Source of the DNA: a bacterium
GTDB lineage: Bacteria; Patescibacteriota; Minisyncoccia; JAHIHE01
Reading direction: 5' to 3'
DNA length: 64,000 nucleotides
Assembly: GCA_030693205.1 (NCBI GenBank)
Contig: JAUYBG010000010.1
Coordinates: 66,059 to 130,058 of the forward strand
In this document: one piece after another, positions 27,913 to 38,550 of the stretch
How the letters are laid out: every line of letters starts with the position of its first letter
Numbering within the stretch: position 1 is the stretch's first letter
The notes under the pieces: model-generated
The model's input: the letters and a program-made list of their open reading frames with translations, nothing else
Told to the model about the DNA's origin: nothing
The model's database searches: none
Made by a program: the position numbers and the translations under genes

Positions 27913-29115
27913 ATGAAAAACAAAATCAAAGTTTTTATTGCCGGCGGTGCGGCAATAATCGCAATCCTTGGCTTAGTTTCGCCGATTTTCGCTTCACAGT
28001 CTAATAGTGAACCCTCGCAAAGAAAAATTGTAGTTTTCAAGCAAGGAGTTTTAAGCGAATCGGAGAAAGACGCTTTAGTTGATAATTCAGGCGGAGCAAG
28101 AATTAAAGATTTAAAATTAATCAATGGCAAGGCGGTTATTTTGTCTCCAAGAGCGGAAAAAGCCCTGGCAAAAAGACCGGAAGTTTTAAGAATTGACGAC
28201 GATGCGGTGGTTGAAGCTTTAGTAAAAGGCGGTATTTCTGCCAAGCCTGCTCCTGCTAATCCTGCTGAAATTTTGCCTTGGGGAGTGGATAGAATTGACG
28301 CGGAAAAGGTTTGGAGCGCCACCACTGGCGATCCGATTAAAGTCGCAGTGCTTGATACGGGCATTGATATTTATCACCCTGACTTAAAAGCCAATTTAAA
28401 GGGAGGATTTAATACCATCAATCCTTTTAAAAGCTATAACGATGACAACGGACATGGCACTCATGTGGCGGGCATTATCGCAGCGGCGGACAATGAAATC
28501 GGCGTAATCGGCGTGGGACCAAAAATTGATCTTTATGCGGTTAAAGCGTTGGATCGCAATGGCTCCGGTTATCTTTCCGATATTATCGAAGGCCTTGATT
28601 GGGCGATTGCCAACGGCATGCAAGTGGTAAATATGAGTTTGGGAACAACGGCCGATGTGCAATCTTTTCGAGAAGCGGTGCAAAAAGCGAATGCCGCGGG
28701 AATTGTGCAGGTAGCGGCTGCGGGCAATAACGGAGTATCTGTAATTTATCCCGCCGCATATTCGGAAGTAATCGCCGTTTCGGCAACTGATAAGACGGAT
28801 GTTGCCGCTTCTTGGTCTTCTCGCGGGCCGGAAGTTGATTTAGCCGCGCCGGGAGTTTCCATTTATTCAACCTACAAAGGCTCAACATATAAAACTTTAA
28901 GTGGTACTTCTATGGCTTCTCCTCATGTCGCTGGCGTCGCGGCCCTGGCTTTGACAACCTCAATTGGTACCTGGGATTTAGACGGTGACGGTGTTTGGGA
29001 TCCGGTGGAAGTTCAGAATAAGTTGGAGCGAACCGCGGAAGATTTGGGCGCGGAGGGCAGAGATAATTTATACGGCGCAGGGCTGGTTGACGCGGAAGCG
29101 GCGGTATTAAGGTAA
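27913..29115 (+). CDS. Subtilisin-like serine protease (S8) with an N-terminal I9 propeptide
   Basis: Signal peptide. Catalytic triad blocks VAVLDTGID (Asp), HGTHVAGIIAA (His) and GTSMASPHVAGVAAL (Ser). Confidence 0.85.
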   Translation: MKNKIKVFIAGGAAIIAILGLVSPIFASQSNSEPSQRKIVVFKQGVLSESEKDALVDNSGGARIKDLKLINGKAVILSPRAEKALAKRPEVLRIDDDAVVEALVKGGISAKPAPANPAEILPWGVDRIDAEKVWSATTGDPIKVAVLDTGIDIYHPDLKANLKGGFNTINPFKSYNDDNGHGTHVAGIIAAADNEIGVIGVGPKIDLYAVKALDRNGSGYLSDIIEGLDWAIANGMQVVNMSLGTTADVQSFREAVQKANAAGIVQVAAAGNNGVSVIYPAAYSEVIAVSATDKTDVAASWSSRGPEVDLAAPGVSIYSTYKGSTYKTLSGTSMASPHVAGVAALALTTSIGTWDLDGDGVWDPVEVQNKLERTAEDLGAEGRDNLYGAGLVDAEAAVLR

Positions 29116-29178
29116 AACTAAATATGAAAATTAAGAAAATATTCACCCCGTTAAATAATTTTAAATTTTAAAATTCTC

Positions 29179-29433
29179 ATGTATTATGTTTATGTGCTGT
29201 TAAGTGAAAAAGACAATAAAAAGTACATAGGTTATACTAAAAATTTAAAATTAAGATTTGAGCTTCACCAGAAAGGGAAAGTGGATTCTACTAAAGACAG
29301 GTGTCCTCTGAAATTAATTTATTATGAAGCCTGTTTAAGTCAACATGATGCGACACATCGTGAGAAATATTTAAAAACCTATCATGGGAGTATGTTTATA
29401 AAAAATCGGCTCAAATCTTATTTAACTGGGTAA
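29179..29433 (+). CDS. GIY-YIG nuclease-domain protein (small, stand-alone)
   Basis: YYVYVLLSEKDNKKYIGYTKNLKLRFELH...RE..LK matches the GIY-YIG core (GIY...YIG...R...E). Confidence 0.6.
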   Translation: MYYVYVLLSEKDNKKYIGYTKNLKLRFELHQKGKVDSTKDRCPLKLIYYEACLSQHDATHREKYLKTYHGSMFIKNRLKSYLTG

Positions 29434-29542
29434 AGAAAAATGAACATCCAAAAAATTCTATCCAATTTTATTTACCGCGGCTATGTTAGCAGTCCTGTTA
29501 TATTTCGGTTATCGGTCGAAAAATAAAAAAGCCGAATCTATT

Positions 29543-29690
29543 AAAAAATAAATTTCAACGCTATTTTTTTGCGATTAAAAAGTTTCGCTATACATATATA
29601 AAGATAATATAATTAAGCGGATATTGCAAAATATTTGATATTATAATCTTCTTATGCTAAAATGAAATTATAATTGTTAAAATAATTTAT
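29543..29690. repeat. 150-bp direct repeat, copy 2 (immediately upstream of the 29689 gene)
   Basis: Aligns with 27684-27831. The same promoter-like TTGATA-17-TAAAAT precedes ATG 29689. Confidence 0.75.
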
Positions 29691-30516
29691 GGCTGAAAAT
29701 AAATTACCATCTATAAAATCACTTTTAATTTTTATCATTGTTTTGTTTGCCCTTATCGTAGCGCTGATTACGGCTATTAATTTTCCTGCGCTTAAAAATT
29801 ATCCGCCGGTTGTTGTTCAGCCGACAGTAGCTCCAACAATTACGATGGCAGTTCCGACGCTCAAGCCGACAGTAACTTCTATTATTGAAGTAATGAAATG
29901 GATAACCTATAGAAATTCAGATATAAGCGTAGGGTTTAAATATTCAAGTACATTGGGAACACCTGAAATTTTCCAAACCGATAATACTAACAAAAAACCT
30001 GAGAATGTTTTTGCAGGAAAGAAAATCGATGTTTATTTTAAAGATGCAGACTATAATTGGTTTTCATTTGCAGCTTATACATCTGATTATCAAAGTTTTA
30101 AAGATTTCTTTATTTTTAGAGGTAGTGATGATATCAATACAGAATGTCCAAATCCGTTTATATATAACAATAAAGGCGAAGCTTGCAAGATAATAGAAGT
30201 CGCAGATAATAAGGTGATTTGGAAAAATTACTTTAATGAGGATGAGTGTTCTCCTGTCTTTGAAAGTCAAATATATTTTAATAATAAAAGTCAATCAATT
30301 TATAAAGGATTATCATTTACATTTAACTTAAAAGATGCTGAGAAAAAAGTCACCGATCTTTATAGTTGCATTGATGATAAAGCAACAGAACTGGCATATT
30401 TAGAGGCGGTTACTCAGTCAAAAAATATTATGGAAAGAAAAAATTTGTCTGAGAATGACTTACAGAGACTTGATATAATAGATGAAATTTTGGCCAGCTT
30501 TAAATTTATCAAATAA
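29689..30516 (+). CDS. Hypothetical secreted/membrane-anchored protein
   Basis: N-terminal TM/signal. No recognisable domain. Confidence 0.35.
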   Translation: MAENKLPSIKSLLIFIIVLFALIVALITAINFPALKNYPPVVVQPTVAPTITMAVPTLKPTVTSIIEVMKWITYRNSDISVGFKYSSTLGTPEIFQTDNTNKKPENVFAGKKIDVYFKDADYNWFSFAAYTSDYQSFKDFFIFRGSDDINTECPNPFIYNNKGEACKIIEVADNKVIWKNYFNEDECSPVFESQIYFNNKSQSIYKGLSFTFNLKDAEKKVTDLYSCIDDKATELAYLEAVTQSKNIMERKNLSENDLQRLDIIDEILASFKFIK

Positions 30517-30578
30517 ATAATTTAAAAAACAACCCGCAAAAGATTGTTTTTTTTATTTTAGTTAGATCGTTTTTTCTA

Positions 30579-31157
30579 TTATTGTTTGTTTAAAAACTTG
30601 AATGTGGAAAGAATTTGTTTAAATTGTTCATCGTTTTTACCAACGGGTGCCGAAATTCGATATACATTATCATTTTTAAAGACAAAAACTACCTCAATAT
30701 CTGTACCCATAGTTACTGGGTCGTGTAACAAAAAAGTTTCAGTTCCGGCAATGGTTATATCCTCTATTTTTTGATACGGAATATCATTTCGATCGTTTTC
30801 TGCTTTTCCCGTAACCCAATCATAAATATTTTTATTATTGCTTTTTATCGTTTTTATACTAAGAGGGTTGATAAAAGGAGAATCGAGGAAATCTTTATAT
30901 TTTATGTCTGACCATTGTATCAAAGATATATCTGTTGAATTTATATCCCAGTGACTAGGATATTTAATTTCATATCCATAGTCTTCGTTCTTGTAACTCT
31001 TCAAATTTAATGTATCAATATTAGGAGTAATAATAGGCGTAGAGCTAGGAGTAGCTACTGGTGGTATTTTTTTTCCACTTTCATATACAGCATAAAATAT
31101 TATGGCTAAAATTATTCCCACCAATAGTAAAGCTTTTGCAATAATAGTTAATTTCAT
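30579..31157 (-). CDS. Hypothetical membrane-anchored protein
   Basis: N-terminal TM helix. No recognisable domain. Confidence 0.35.
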   Translation of the reverse strand: MKLTIIAKALLLVGIILAIIFYAVYESGKKIPPVATPSSTPIITPNIDTLNLKSYKNEDYGYEIKYPSHWDINSTDISLIQWSDIKYKDFLDSPFINPLSIKTIKSNNKNIYDWVTGKAENDRNDIPYQKIEDITIAGTETFLLHDPVTMGTDIEVVFVFKNDNVYRISAPVGKNDEQFKQILSTFKFLNKQ

Positions 31158-31421
31158 ATAAATTTTTATTTATTTATTTTAACATTATAAAGTTATCATA
31201 ATTAATCTTTTAAGTCAAATTATTGCTTTGATAACTATGCGCGTAAATTATTGACAAATTAGCTAAGATATACTAATCTATATAGGTTCACTTTAAACAA
31301 AAAGTGATAGAAGGAAGCTAAAATGCACACTACAATCGAAAGACAAAAAACAAGGAATCTGATAGATTTCCAAGGTATCAACAGAGAAACAAAAAACAAT
31401 ATAGGAGAAAAGTGATCGGAA

Positions 31422-33212
31422 ATGAAAGAAAAAATTAGAAATATATCGAGCGCATTGCTTACGTTTGGAATAATAGTGGTACTATTTTCTAGCGTAGTAA
31501 TGGCAGCAGATAACACTTTCCAATACCCGCTTGATGTACCATGGAATCCATCCCGTAATTTTAGTGAATGGATAAATAACTGGGATGGAAATGGATCCAA
31601 TGGTTACCATTTGGGTGTAGATATACCCGCAGATCCACTTATAAAAGTTAAAGCCGCTTCTGACGGTATTGTCATATTTGCCGGTCCAATGATAGGATAC
31701 GGAAATGTAGTTATAATCAAACACCCAAATAGTGATGTAACTACTCTTTATGGCCATTTGGGCAAAAGTCTCAATGTAAGCAATAAAGATTCTATAAACA
31801 AAGGACAAATAATTGGATACATCGGAAACAGTTCAGAAAATGGTGGATGGTTGTTTACGCACTTACATTTTGGTATACGTAAAGGGCTAGACAAAACAAC
31901 AGCTTTGATTTGCGGTAATTGGCCATATGTCGGGTACTCGCAACCATGTAAAAAATTTACTCATGAACAACAGGTTGACATGTGGTATAACCCATCAGAG
32001 TTTATTAAAGAACATCTTCAACCCCCAATCCCGCCAAAACAAAAACTCACAGTTCTCTCTCCCAATGGCGGAGAAAACTGGCCGGTTGGAAGCGAGCAAA
32101 AGATCCAGTGGAAGTTTACGGGAAAACAAACAACATCAGTAAAAATTGAACTTCAAAAAAGTTCTTCTTCCTTGTTCACTGAACTCATTGCTATATTTGT
32201 TCCAACAGACTATAACGGCGATGGTTCGTATCTTTGGACTATTCCTGCCACTCATGAGACAGGAACTGACTACAAGATAATTGTTACGAGCATAGAAAAC
32301 TCAAAACGTACTGACACGAGCGATGGATATTTCACCATCAGCGCGCCAGCACCGCCTCCAACCCCCACCGAACCTGTGCATAATGTCAATAAAAATACTG
32401 ACTACACATCTGTTCAGGGAGCCATAAACGATGCGAATATCGGAGATGAGATCGATGTTTACAGCGGCACGTATTATGAGAACGTGAATGTAAATAAGCA
32501 GTTAATACTGGAAGGAATTGGAAATCCTATCGTAGATGCCCATAGCAATGGAAGCGCGATCACGCTTTCCGCGAACGGAATTAGGCTGGAAGGATTTACT
32601 GCAATCAATGCCAGCTCTTCAGGAGCAGGAATCTGGATTGCTTCCAACAACAACACGCTGATTGAAAATAATGCCGGCCCGAATAATCACTTCGGTATCT
32701 ATATGGCCTATTCCAACAATAATACATTGAACGGGAACAATGTAAACTCGAATAATTATCACGGCATTCTGATGGAAGGCGGAAACAATAACAACACATT
32801 GATCGGTAATAATATCAGTTCAAACAATATTGATGGCATCTTCCTGTATTCTTCCGGCAACAACACTTTGACTGGCAACAATGTATCGGATAACCACCGT
32901 AACGGCATTTATATATGGTATTCCAGCAACAATAACACAGTGAACGGCAACAGCGCCTCGAATAATAGTTATGGGATCGTTTTGGAAGCTTCTATCTACA
33001 ACAAAGTTTACCAAAATAATCTTGTTAGCAATAGCTATAATGGTTATGATTCAAGCATCGACAATCAATGGGACAATGGCACAGTAGGCAACTATTACAG
33101 CGATTATACAGGCATAGACCTGAACGGCGACGGTATAGGTGATACTCCATATCCAATACCCGGAGGCAGCAGCAGAGACAGATACCCGCTGATGAATAAA
33201 TGGCAAAACTAG
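31422..33212 (+). CDS. Secreted M23-family peptidase fused to right-handed parallel beta-helix (PbH1/NosD-like) repeats
   Basis: M23 motifs HLGVDIPAD...DGIVIFAG...HLHFGIR. The C-terminus has 8 or more repeats of the form NNTLxGNNxxxNxxxGIxL. Confidence 0.7.
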   Translation: MKEKIRNISSALLTFGIIVVLFSSVVMAADNTFQYPLDVPWNPSRNFSEWINNWDGNGSNGYHLGVDIPADPLIKVKAASDGIVIFAGPMIGYGNVVIIKHPNSDVTTLYGHLGKSLNVSNKDSINKGQIIGYIGNSSENGGWLFTHLHFGIRKGLDKTTALICGNWPYVGYSQPCKKFTHEQQVDMWYNPSEFIKEHLQPPIPPKQKLTVLSPNGGENWPVGSEQKIQWKFTGKQTTSVKIELQKSSSSLFTELIAIFVPTDYNGDGSYLWTIPATHETGTDYKIIVTSIENSKRTDTSDGYFTISAPAPPPTPTEPVHNVNKNTDYTSVQGAINDANIGDEIDVYSGTYYENVNVNKQLILEGIGNPIVDAHSNGSAITLSANGIRLEGFTAINASSSGAGIWIASNNNTLIENNAGPNNHFGIYMAYSNNNTLNGNNVNSNNYHGILMEGGNNNNTLIGNNISSNNIDGIFLYSSGNNTLTGNNVSDNHRNGIYIWYSSNNNTVNGNSASNNSYGIVLEASIYNKVYQNNLVSNSYNGYDSSIDNQWDNGTVGNYYSDYTGIDLNGDGIGDTPYPIPGGSSRDRYPLMNKWQN

Positions 33213-33405
33213 AAATTAGCAGAGGTGAAAAATAAAAAACCAATTAGTAAAACCAATAAAAATAAACATTTAAGAAGCTGAATTAAAAGAACATTAATTT
33301 CGGCTTATTTTTTTGCTTAAAAAGCTAAAACAGGAAAATATGGATTTTGGCTTTTTTGGTTTTTGGGTGTATAATATAAGAAATAAGTTTTAATATTATC
33401 AAATC

Positions 33406-33618
33406 ATGCCCCAAGAAGATCCGGATAAAAAACCGCCGATGAAGCCGGAAGAACTTAATACGATTTTGATTATCGGAGGAATTTTATTTTTGTATATTGT
33501 TCCTACGATCATTTTGATGATCTTTCACGCCGGAGCCAGAGAATATCTGGTGGCGTTCACTATATTTATGATCTTGGGAATGATCTTTTGGCACGCGGGA
33601 GCCGTACTTAGAGACTAG
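33406..33618 (+). CDS. Small two-TM membrane protein
   Basis: Two hydrophobic helices, each ending in HAGA. Confidence 0.3.
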   Translation: MPQEDPDKKPPMKPEELNTILIIGGILFLYIVPTIILMIFHAGAREYLVAFTIFMILGMIFWHAGAVLRD

Positions 33619-33667
33619 AAGCGTTTTGTATTTTATGGTTAAATCCATTTTTTTGTTTTTTTAATTT

Positions 33668-34738
33668 ATGATCATTGAGCAAGAATTAAAAAATTTTAAA
33701 ACTGTTTTTGATAAAGAAATGGAAAAATTTTTGGACTTGAAAATTGTTCAAGCCAAAAAAATATCGCCGGAGGCTTCTGGTGCGGTTCAAAATCTTAAAA
33801 ATTATGTTTTAGGTTCCGGCAAAAGGATCAGGCCGGCGTTAATGTATTACGCATATTTAGCTTTGGGCGGGAAAAACAAAAAAGAAGCCTTGAGGCTGGC
33901 TATGGCATCGGAATTTATCCATGCTTTTTTAATTATCCATGACGATGTTATAGATAGGGATGATTTCAGAAGAGGAATGCCGTCGATCCATTGTATTTAT
34001 AAAAAAATAGCTCTAAAAGATCATTATTCCGTCAGCGCGCCGCATTATGGGAATTCGCAGGCGATCTCTATCGGCGATATGTGTTTTAGCTTTGTCGGCG
34101 AGATTATTTCTCAAAGCAAATTTAATCGCGGCATTAAAGATAAGTTATTAAAAAAAATAAGCGATATTGTATTCAATACGACGATAGGGCAATTCCACGA
34201 TGTATTCGCGGCGGCGGTGAAAAATGGAATTGACGAGAAGCACGTGTTGACGATTTTGGAATATAAAACAGCCCGCTATACCGTAGAAGGCCCGCTTCAT
34301 TTGGGAGCGATAATGGCTGGCGCCAGCGGCAGAGTCTTAAAAAGTTTAAGCGATTTTTCAATTCCTCTGGGAATCGCTTTCCAGATCCAAGATGATATTC
34401 TTGGTGTTTTCGGATCAAGCCAAGAGACGGGAAAACCGGTTGGCGCCGATATTCGGGAAGGCAAAAAAACATTATTGATCGTCAGAGCGCTGGAGCAGGC
34501 AAGCGCGAACCAGAAAAAAGATCTGCATCTTGCCTTGGGAAACGATAAGGCTGGCAGAGAACAGATTGAGAGAGCAAGAAAAATTATTATTGATATCGGG
34601 TCTCTCGAATATTCAAAAAGATCCGCGGAAAAATTAGTCAATGCTTCGCGTCTCGTGCTCACGCGCAGCAATTTGAACAAAGAAAGCAAAGAATTTTTTT
34701 CCGCCGTAGCGGAGTTTATGATCAAGAGAGATCATTGA
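33668..34738 (+). CDS. Polyprenyl diphosphate synthase (trans-isoprenyl diphosphate synthase family)
   Basis: First Asp-rich motif LIIHDDVIDRDD, second FQIQDDILG. Confidence 0.8.
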   Translation: MIIEQELKNFKTVFDKEMEKFLDLKIVQAKKISPEASGAVQNLKNYVLGSGKRIRPALMYYAYLALGGKNKKEALRLAMASEFIHAFLIIHDDVIDRDDFRRGMPSIHCIYKKIALKDHYSVSAPHYGNSQAISIGDMCFSFVGEIISQSKFNRGIKDKLLKKISDIVFNTTIGQFHDVFAAAVKNGIDEKHVLTILEYKTARYTVEGPLHLGAIMAGASGRVLKSLSDFSIPLGIAFQIQDDILGVFGSSQETGKPVGADIREGKKTLLIVRALEQASANQKKDLHLALGNDKAGREQIERARKIIIDIGSLEYSKRSAEKLVNASRLVLTRSNLNKESKEFFSAVAEFMIKRDH

Positions 34739-34940
34739 TTTTTTCATAAATTTTTTGTGAAGGAAAAAATATGAGAGAATGTGGATAAAATGTGAATAAG
34801 TTGTAATCTTTTTAGCCCCGTTTTTATTGAAAAACCTTTTAAACAAAAGGTTTTTTGTTTTTTTAAAAAAAATATCAAAGTGTTTGACATAAGATTAAAG
34901 TGGGGTATAATTATATTACTGTGGTTGAAAGTGGATAATA

Positions 34941-35447
34941 TTGGGGAAAAGTAAGAAAAACAGTGGAAAACAAAAAATAATTTTTAAGTTAAATTCGCCA
35001 GTTGCGCAAAGAATTATGTTTATCGGCCAATACTCGCATCTCATTGATCCGAAAAAAAGATTGGCAGTGCCGTCGAAATTTCGGAAGCAGCTAGGCTCTA
35101 CCGTGGTTGTCACGAGAGGAATTGACAATTGTCTTTTTGTTTATACCCTGAAGGACTGGAAAGAGCTGGCGGAAAAATTAAGCCATTTGCCGATCTCGAA
35201 ATCAAACACTCGCGCTTTTGGCCGTTTGATGCTAGCCGGAGCGATGGACGTGGAAATTGATTCACAGGGGCGAATTCTTGTGCCGGATTATTTAAAAGAA
35301 TATGCCAAGCTCAAGGATAAGGTTGTTATCGCCGGCTTGTATAACCGGCTCGAGATCTGGGACGAAGAAATTTGGAATAATTATAAAAACAAAACTGAAA
35401 AAGAAAGCTCCAGCATCGCCGAACAGCTGGGAGAGTTGGGAGTTTAG
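34941..35447 (+). CDS. mraZ: Transcriptional regulator MraZ (the true start is probably near 35013, at MFIGQYSH)
   Basis: Duplicated SpoVT/AbrB-like halves: DPKKRLAVPSKFR and GRILVPDYLKEYAKL. It precedes rsmH. Confidence 0.7.
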   Translation: MGKSKKNSGKQKIIFKLNSPVAQRIMFIGQYSHLIDPKKRLAVPSKFRKQLGSTVVVTRGIDNCLFVYTLKDWKELAEKLSHLPISKSNTRAFGRLMLAGAMDVEIDSQGRILVPDYLKEYAKLKDKVVIAGLYNRLEIWDEEIWNNYKNKTEKESSSIAEQLGELGV

Positions 35448-35478
35448 TTAAAAATTTAAATTTAGATATTTTACAGAT

Positions 35479-36444
35479 ATGGCTCATGTACCGGTTCTAT
35501 TAAAGGAGGTGCTTCAGTATTTGGATCCTAAACCGAATGAAAATTTTCTTGACGCAACGCTGGGAGACGGAGGGCACGCGAAAGAAATTTTGAAACTAAC
35601 CGCGCCGGATGGAAAATTACTGGGAATCGATAAGGATATAAATTCGATAAAGATCGCCGAAGAAAATCTCGCGGAGTTTAAAGACAGGGTTATGATCGTT
35701 CACGGAAATTTTCTGGATATAAAAAAAATTGTTGCGGATAATCCCGAAGCGGGAAAGTTGAGCGGCATATTGGCGGATCTGGGATTGAGTTCCAGGCAGT
35801 TCGAGGAAAGCGGCAGGGGATTTTCTTTCCAGCGCGATGAGCCTCTGATCATGAGTATGTCTTGGCCCCTCAAGGAAGGGCGGAAGATAGCGCTTCAGAT
35901 AATCAATGAAGCGAGCGCCAGGGAGCTCGAGGAGATCTTTAAAGAATACGGCGAAGAGCGCCTTGCGCGCCCGATCGCCGAAAGAATAGTCCGGGTGCGG
36001 GAAGATAAAAGGATCGAGCGGACTCTGGAACTGGCCGATATCGCCATCAGCGCTTATAAGAAGTTTTTTGGAGACAAGACATGGCATGTTCATCCCGCGA
36101 CAAAGATTTTTATGGCCTTGAGGATCGCGGTCAATGAAGAGCTGGCGGATCTCGAAAAATTCTTGCCTGACGCTTTGAGCGTATTGCCGGAAAAAGGGAG
36201 GCTCGCGGTTATAAGTTTTCATTCTCTTGAAGACAGGATAGCAAAAAATTTTTTCCGGCGGGAGTCTCATGGCTGTGTTTGCACTAAAGATCAGATGGAA
36301 TGCGTTTGCGGCCACGAGCGAAGTCTGAAAATAATCACCAAGCGGCCGGTTGGCGCAAGCGCGGATGAAATGGAAAAAAATCCCAGGAGCCGAAGCGCTA
36401 AATTGCGAGTAGCGGAAAAATTAAGCATATCAAACGATTATTAA
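35479..36444 (+). CDS. rsmH: 16S rRNA m4C1402 methyltransferase
   Basis: HVPVLLKEVLQYL...DATLGDGGHA... is the MraW signature. Confidence 0.9.
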   Translation: MAHVPVLLKEVLQYLDPKPNENFLDATLGDGGHAKEILKLTAPDGKLLGIDKDINSIKIAEENLAEFKDRVMIVHGNFLDIKKIVADNPEAGKLSGILADLGLSSRQFEESGRGFSFQRDEPLIMSMSWPLKEGRKIALQIINEASARELEEIFKEYGEERLARPIAERIVRVREDKRIERTLELADIAISAYKKFFGDKTWHVHPATKIFMALRIAVNEELADLEKFLPDALSVLPEKGRLAVISFHSLEDRIAKNFFRRESHGCVCTKDQMECVCGHERSLKIITKRPVGASADEMEKNPRSRSAKLRVAEKLSISNDY

Positions 36445-36462
36445 TATTTTTACAAGATCAAT

Positions 36463-36783
36463 ATGGAAGCTAACTATTGTTCAATCCGAGAAAAACCCAA
36501 CTACACTTTTTTAGGCCTGGCTGTTTTCTTTTTGATCGCCGTCAGTTCTTTGGGTTATTTTACCCAGACGAATGCCGCGTCTTCTTTGGGCTATGAAATC
36601 AAGTTTTATCAGAAAAAAATAGACAAGCTGACCGGTGAAAATCAGAAGATGAAAATAACCATTGCCGAAAAGTCTTCTTTTAAAAAGATCAGTGAAAATG
36701 GCAGCGCGGAAAAAATGAATCTTGTCAGCGTATCGGATCAGCGCTATTTGCTGATATCGTCTTCAAGCTTAGCAAGCAGATAG
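36463..36783 (+). CDS. ftsL: FtsL-like cell division protein (single TM plus coiled coil)
   Basis: Small bitopic protein sitting between rsmH and ftsI. The assignment rests on position and topology. Confidence 0.4.
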   Translation: MEANYCSIREKPNYTFLGLAVFFLIAVSSLGYFTQTNAASSLGYEIKFYQKKIDKLTGENQKMKITIAEKSSFKKISENGSAEKMNLVSVSDQRYLLISSSSLASR

Positions 36784-36786
36784 ATT

Positions 36787-38550
36787 TTGCGCTTTATTTA
36801 TCTTTTAGAGATTATGGCTGAAAATACTAACAAGCGGATCAATTTTGCATTGCTGTTAATTTTTTTATTTTCCGGCGTGGTTCTTTACAGGATGTTCAAT
36901 TGGCAGATACTCCGGCATTCGTTTTATATCGCTTTGGCCGAAGGCCAGCATAATTTTTTGGGCCAGCTTTTTCCGGACAGGGGAGAGATTTTTATTAAAG
37001 ACAAATCAAGCTTAAGGCTTGTCGGGGATCGGACAGAATCATATTTTCCGGTGGCGGTAAATAATCGAGGCTATGTCGTTTATGCGGTTCCACGGGATAT
37101 AAAAGATATTTCAGGCACAATAAAGGTTCTTGAAGGTTTTCTCGGCATTCCCGCCCAAGAGCTGGCGAAACGGCTTAATAAGCCGAATGATTCTTATGAA
37201 ATACTTGCCCACAAGGTTCCGGAGGAAATGGTAAAGAAAATCGAAGAAGCGAAGCTTAAAGGCATAAAAAGCGAGGAAGAGGCGTGGCGGTATTGGCCGG
37301 AGAATAATTTTATGAGCCATGTTTTGGGGTTTGTGGGCTATTCCGGATCTAAAAGAGTGGGGCAATACGGGCTGGAAGGATATTACAATAGCAATCTTGA
37401 AGGCCAAAGCGGCTTAATCGAATCAGAGCAGGATGTTGGAGGCAAGTGGATTACTTTTGGAATGAAACAATATGTTCCGGCGCGAAATGGAGTGGATCTG
37501 ATACTGACCATTGATAGATCGATACAATATAAAGTTGAGCAGGTTCTTAACAAGAAAGCGGAAGAGATCAAAGCCGTATCCGCTTCGGCGATAGTAATGG
37601 ATCCGGCGACCGGAAAGATCCTGGCGATGGCCAGTTGGCCGAATTTCGATTTGAATAATTATTCGGCTGTAAAAAATTACGATACATTTTTAAATACGAA
37701 TATCCAATCGAGGTACGAGCCGGGTTCGGTGATAAAATCTTTTACGATGGCCGCGGCGTTGAATGAAGGCAAGATCACGCCGGATACCGTATATGAAGAT
37801 AAGGGAAAAATGATCATTGATGGCTGGCCGGTAAGCAACGCGGAAAATAAAATATATGGCCGCCAGACGATGACTCAGGTTTTGGAAAATTCTATCAACA
37901 CGGGAGCGATCTTTGCTTCATCGAGGATCGATAAAAATAAATTTTTGGATTATTTTAAAAATTTCGGCTTTGATGTTCCGACCGGAATAGAATTGCAGGG
38001 AGAGATCGCGGGGGATTTGAGCAATTTGGACGCAAAAAAAGACGTGGCTTTCGCCAATGCTTCATTTGGACAGGGAATTGCCATGACCCCTCTGGAACTG
38101 ATCACCGCTTTTTCGAGCCTCGTCAACGGAGGAAAATTGATGAAGCCGTATATTGTTGAAAAAATATTAGAGGGAAATAAAGTCGTTGAAGAGCATTATC
38201 CGGAAACGGTTCGCCAGATAATTTCCGAAGGAACTTCCGCCAAGATCATGTCAATGCTTGTGAGCGTGGTAGAGAGCGGACACTCAAAAGGAGCGAAAAT
38301 AAATGGCTATTGGATCGGAGGCAAAACCGGTACGGCTCAGATCTCTTTTAAAAACAAGAAAGGGTATTCGGATAAGACAGTCCATACTTTTGTGGGTTTT
38401 GGTTCCGCTCCCGACCCGAAATTCATTATTTTGGTAAAGTTTGACGAACCGGAGATCGCGGAATACGCCAATGCGTCGGCAACGCCGGTTTTTAGCGAGA
38501 TCGCAAAATTCTTGGTAAATTATTTGGAGATTCCTCCGAACAGAAAGTGA
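36787..38550 (+). CDS. ftsI: Class B penicillin-binding protein (FtsI/PBP2 transpeptidase)
   Basis: SVIKS (SxxK), SINTG (SxN) and KTGTA (KTG). Confidence 0.85.
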   Translation: MRFIYLLEIMAENTNKRINFALLLIFLFSGVVLYRMFNWQILRHSFYIALAEGQHNFLGQLFPDRGEIFIKDKSSLRLVGDRTESYFPVAVNNRGYVVYAVPRDIKDISGTIKVLEGFLGIPAQELAKRLNKPNDSYEILAHKVPEEMVKKIEEAKLKGIKSEEEAWRYWPENNFMSHVLGFVGYSGSKRVGQYGLEGYYNSNLEGQSGLIESEQDVGGKWITFGMKQYVPARNGVDLILTIDRSIQYKVEQVLNKKAEEIKAVSASAIVMDPATGKILAMASWPNFDLNNYSAVKNYDTFLNTNIQSRYEPGSVIKSFTMAAALNEGKITPDTVYEDKGKMIIDGWPVSNAENKIYGRQTMTQVLENSINTGAIFASSRIDKNKFLDYFKNFGFDVPTGIELQGEIAGDLSNLDAKKDVAFANASFGQGIAMTPLELITAFSSLVNGGKLMKPYIVEKILEGNKVVEEHYPETVRQIISEGTSAKIMSMLVSVVESGHSKGAKINGYWIGGKTGTAQISFKNKKGYSDKTVHTFVGFGSAPDPKFIILVKFDEPEIAEYANASATPVFSEIAKFLVNYLEIPPNRK

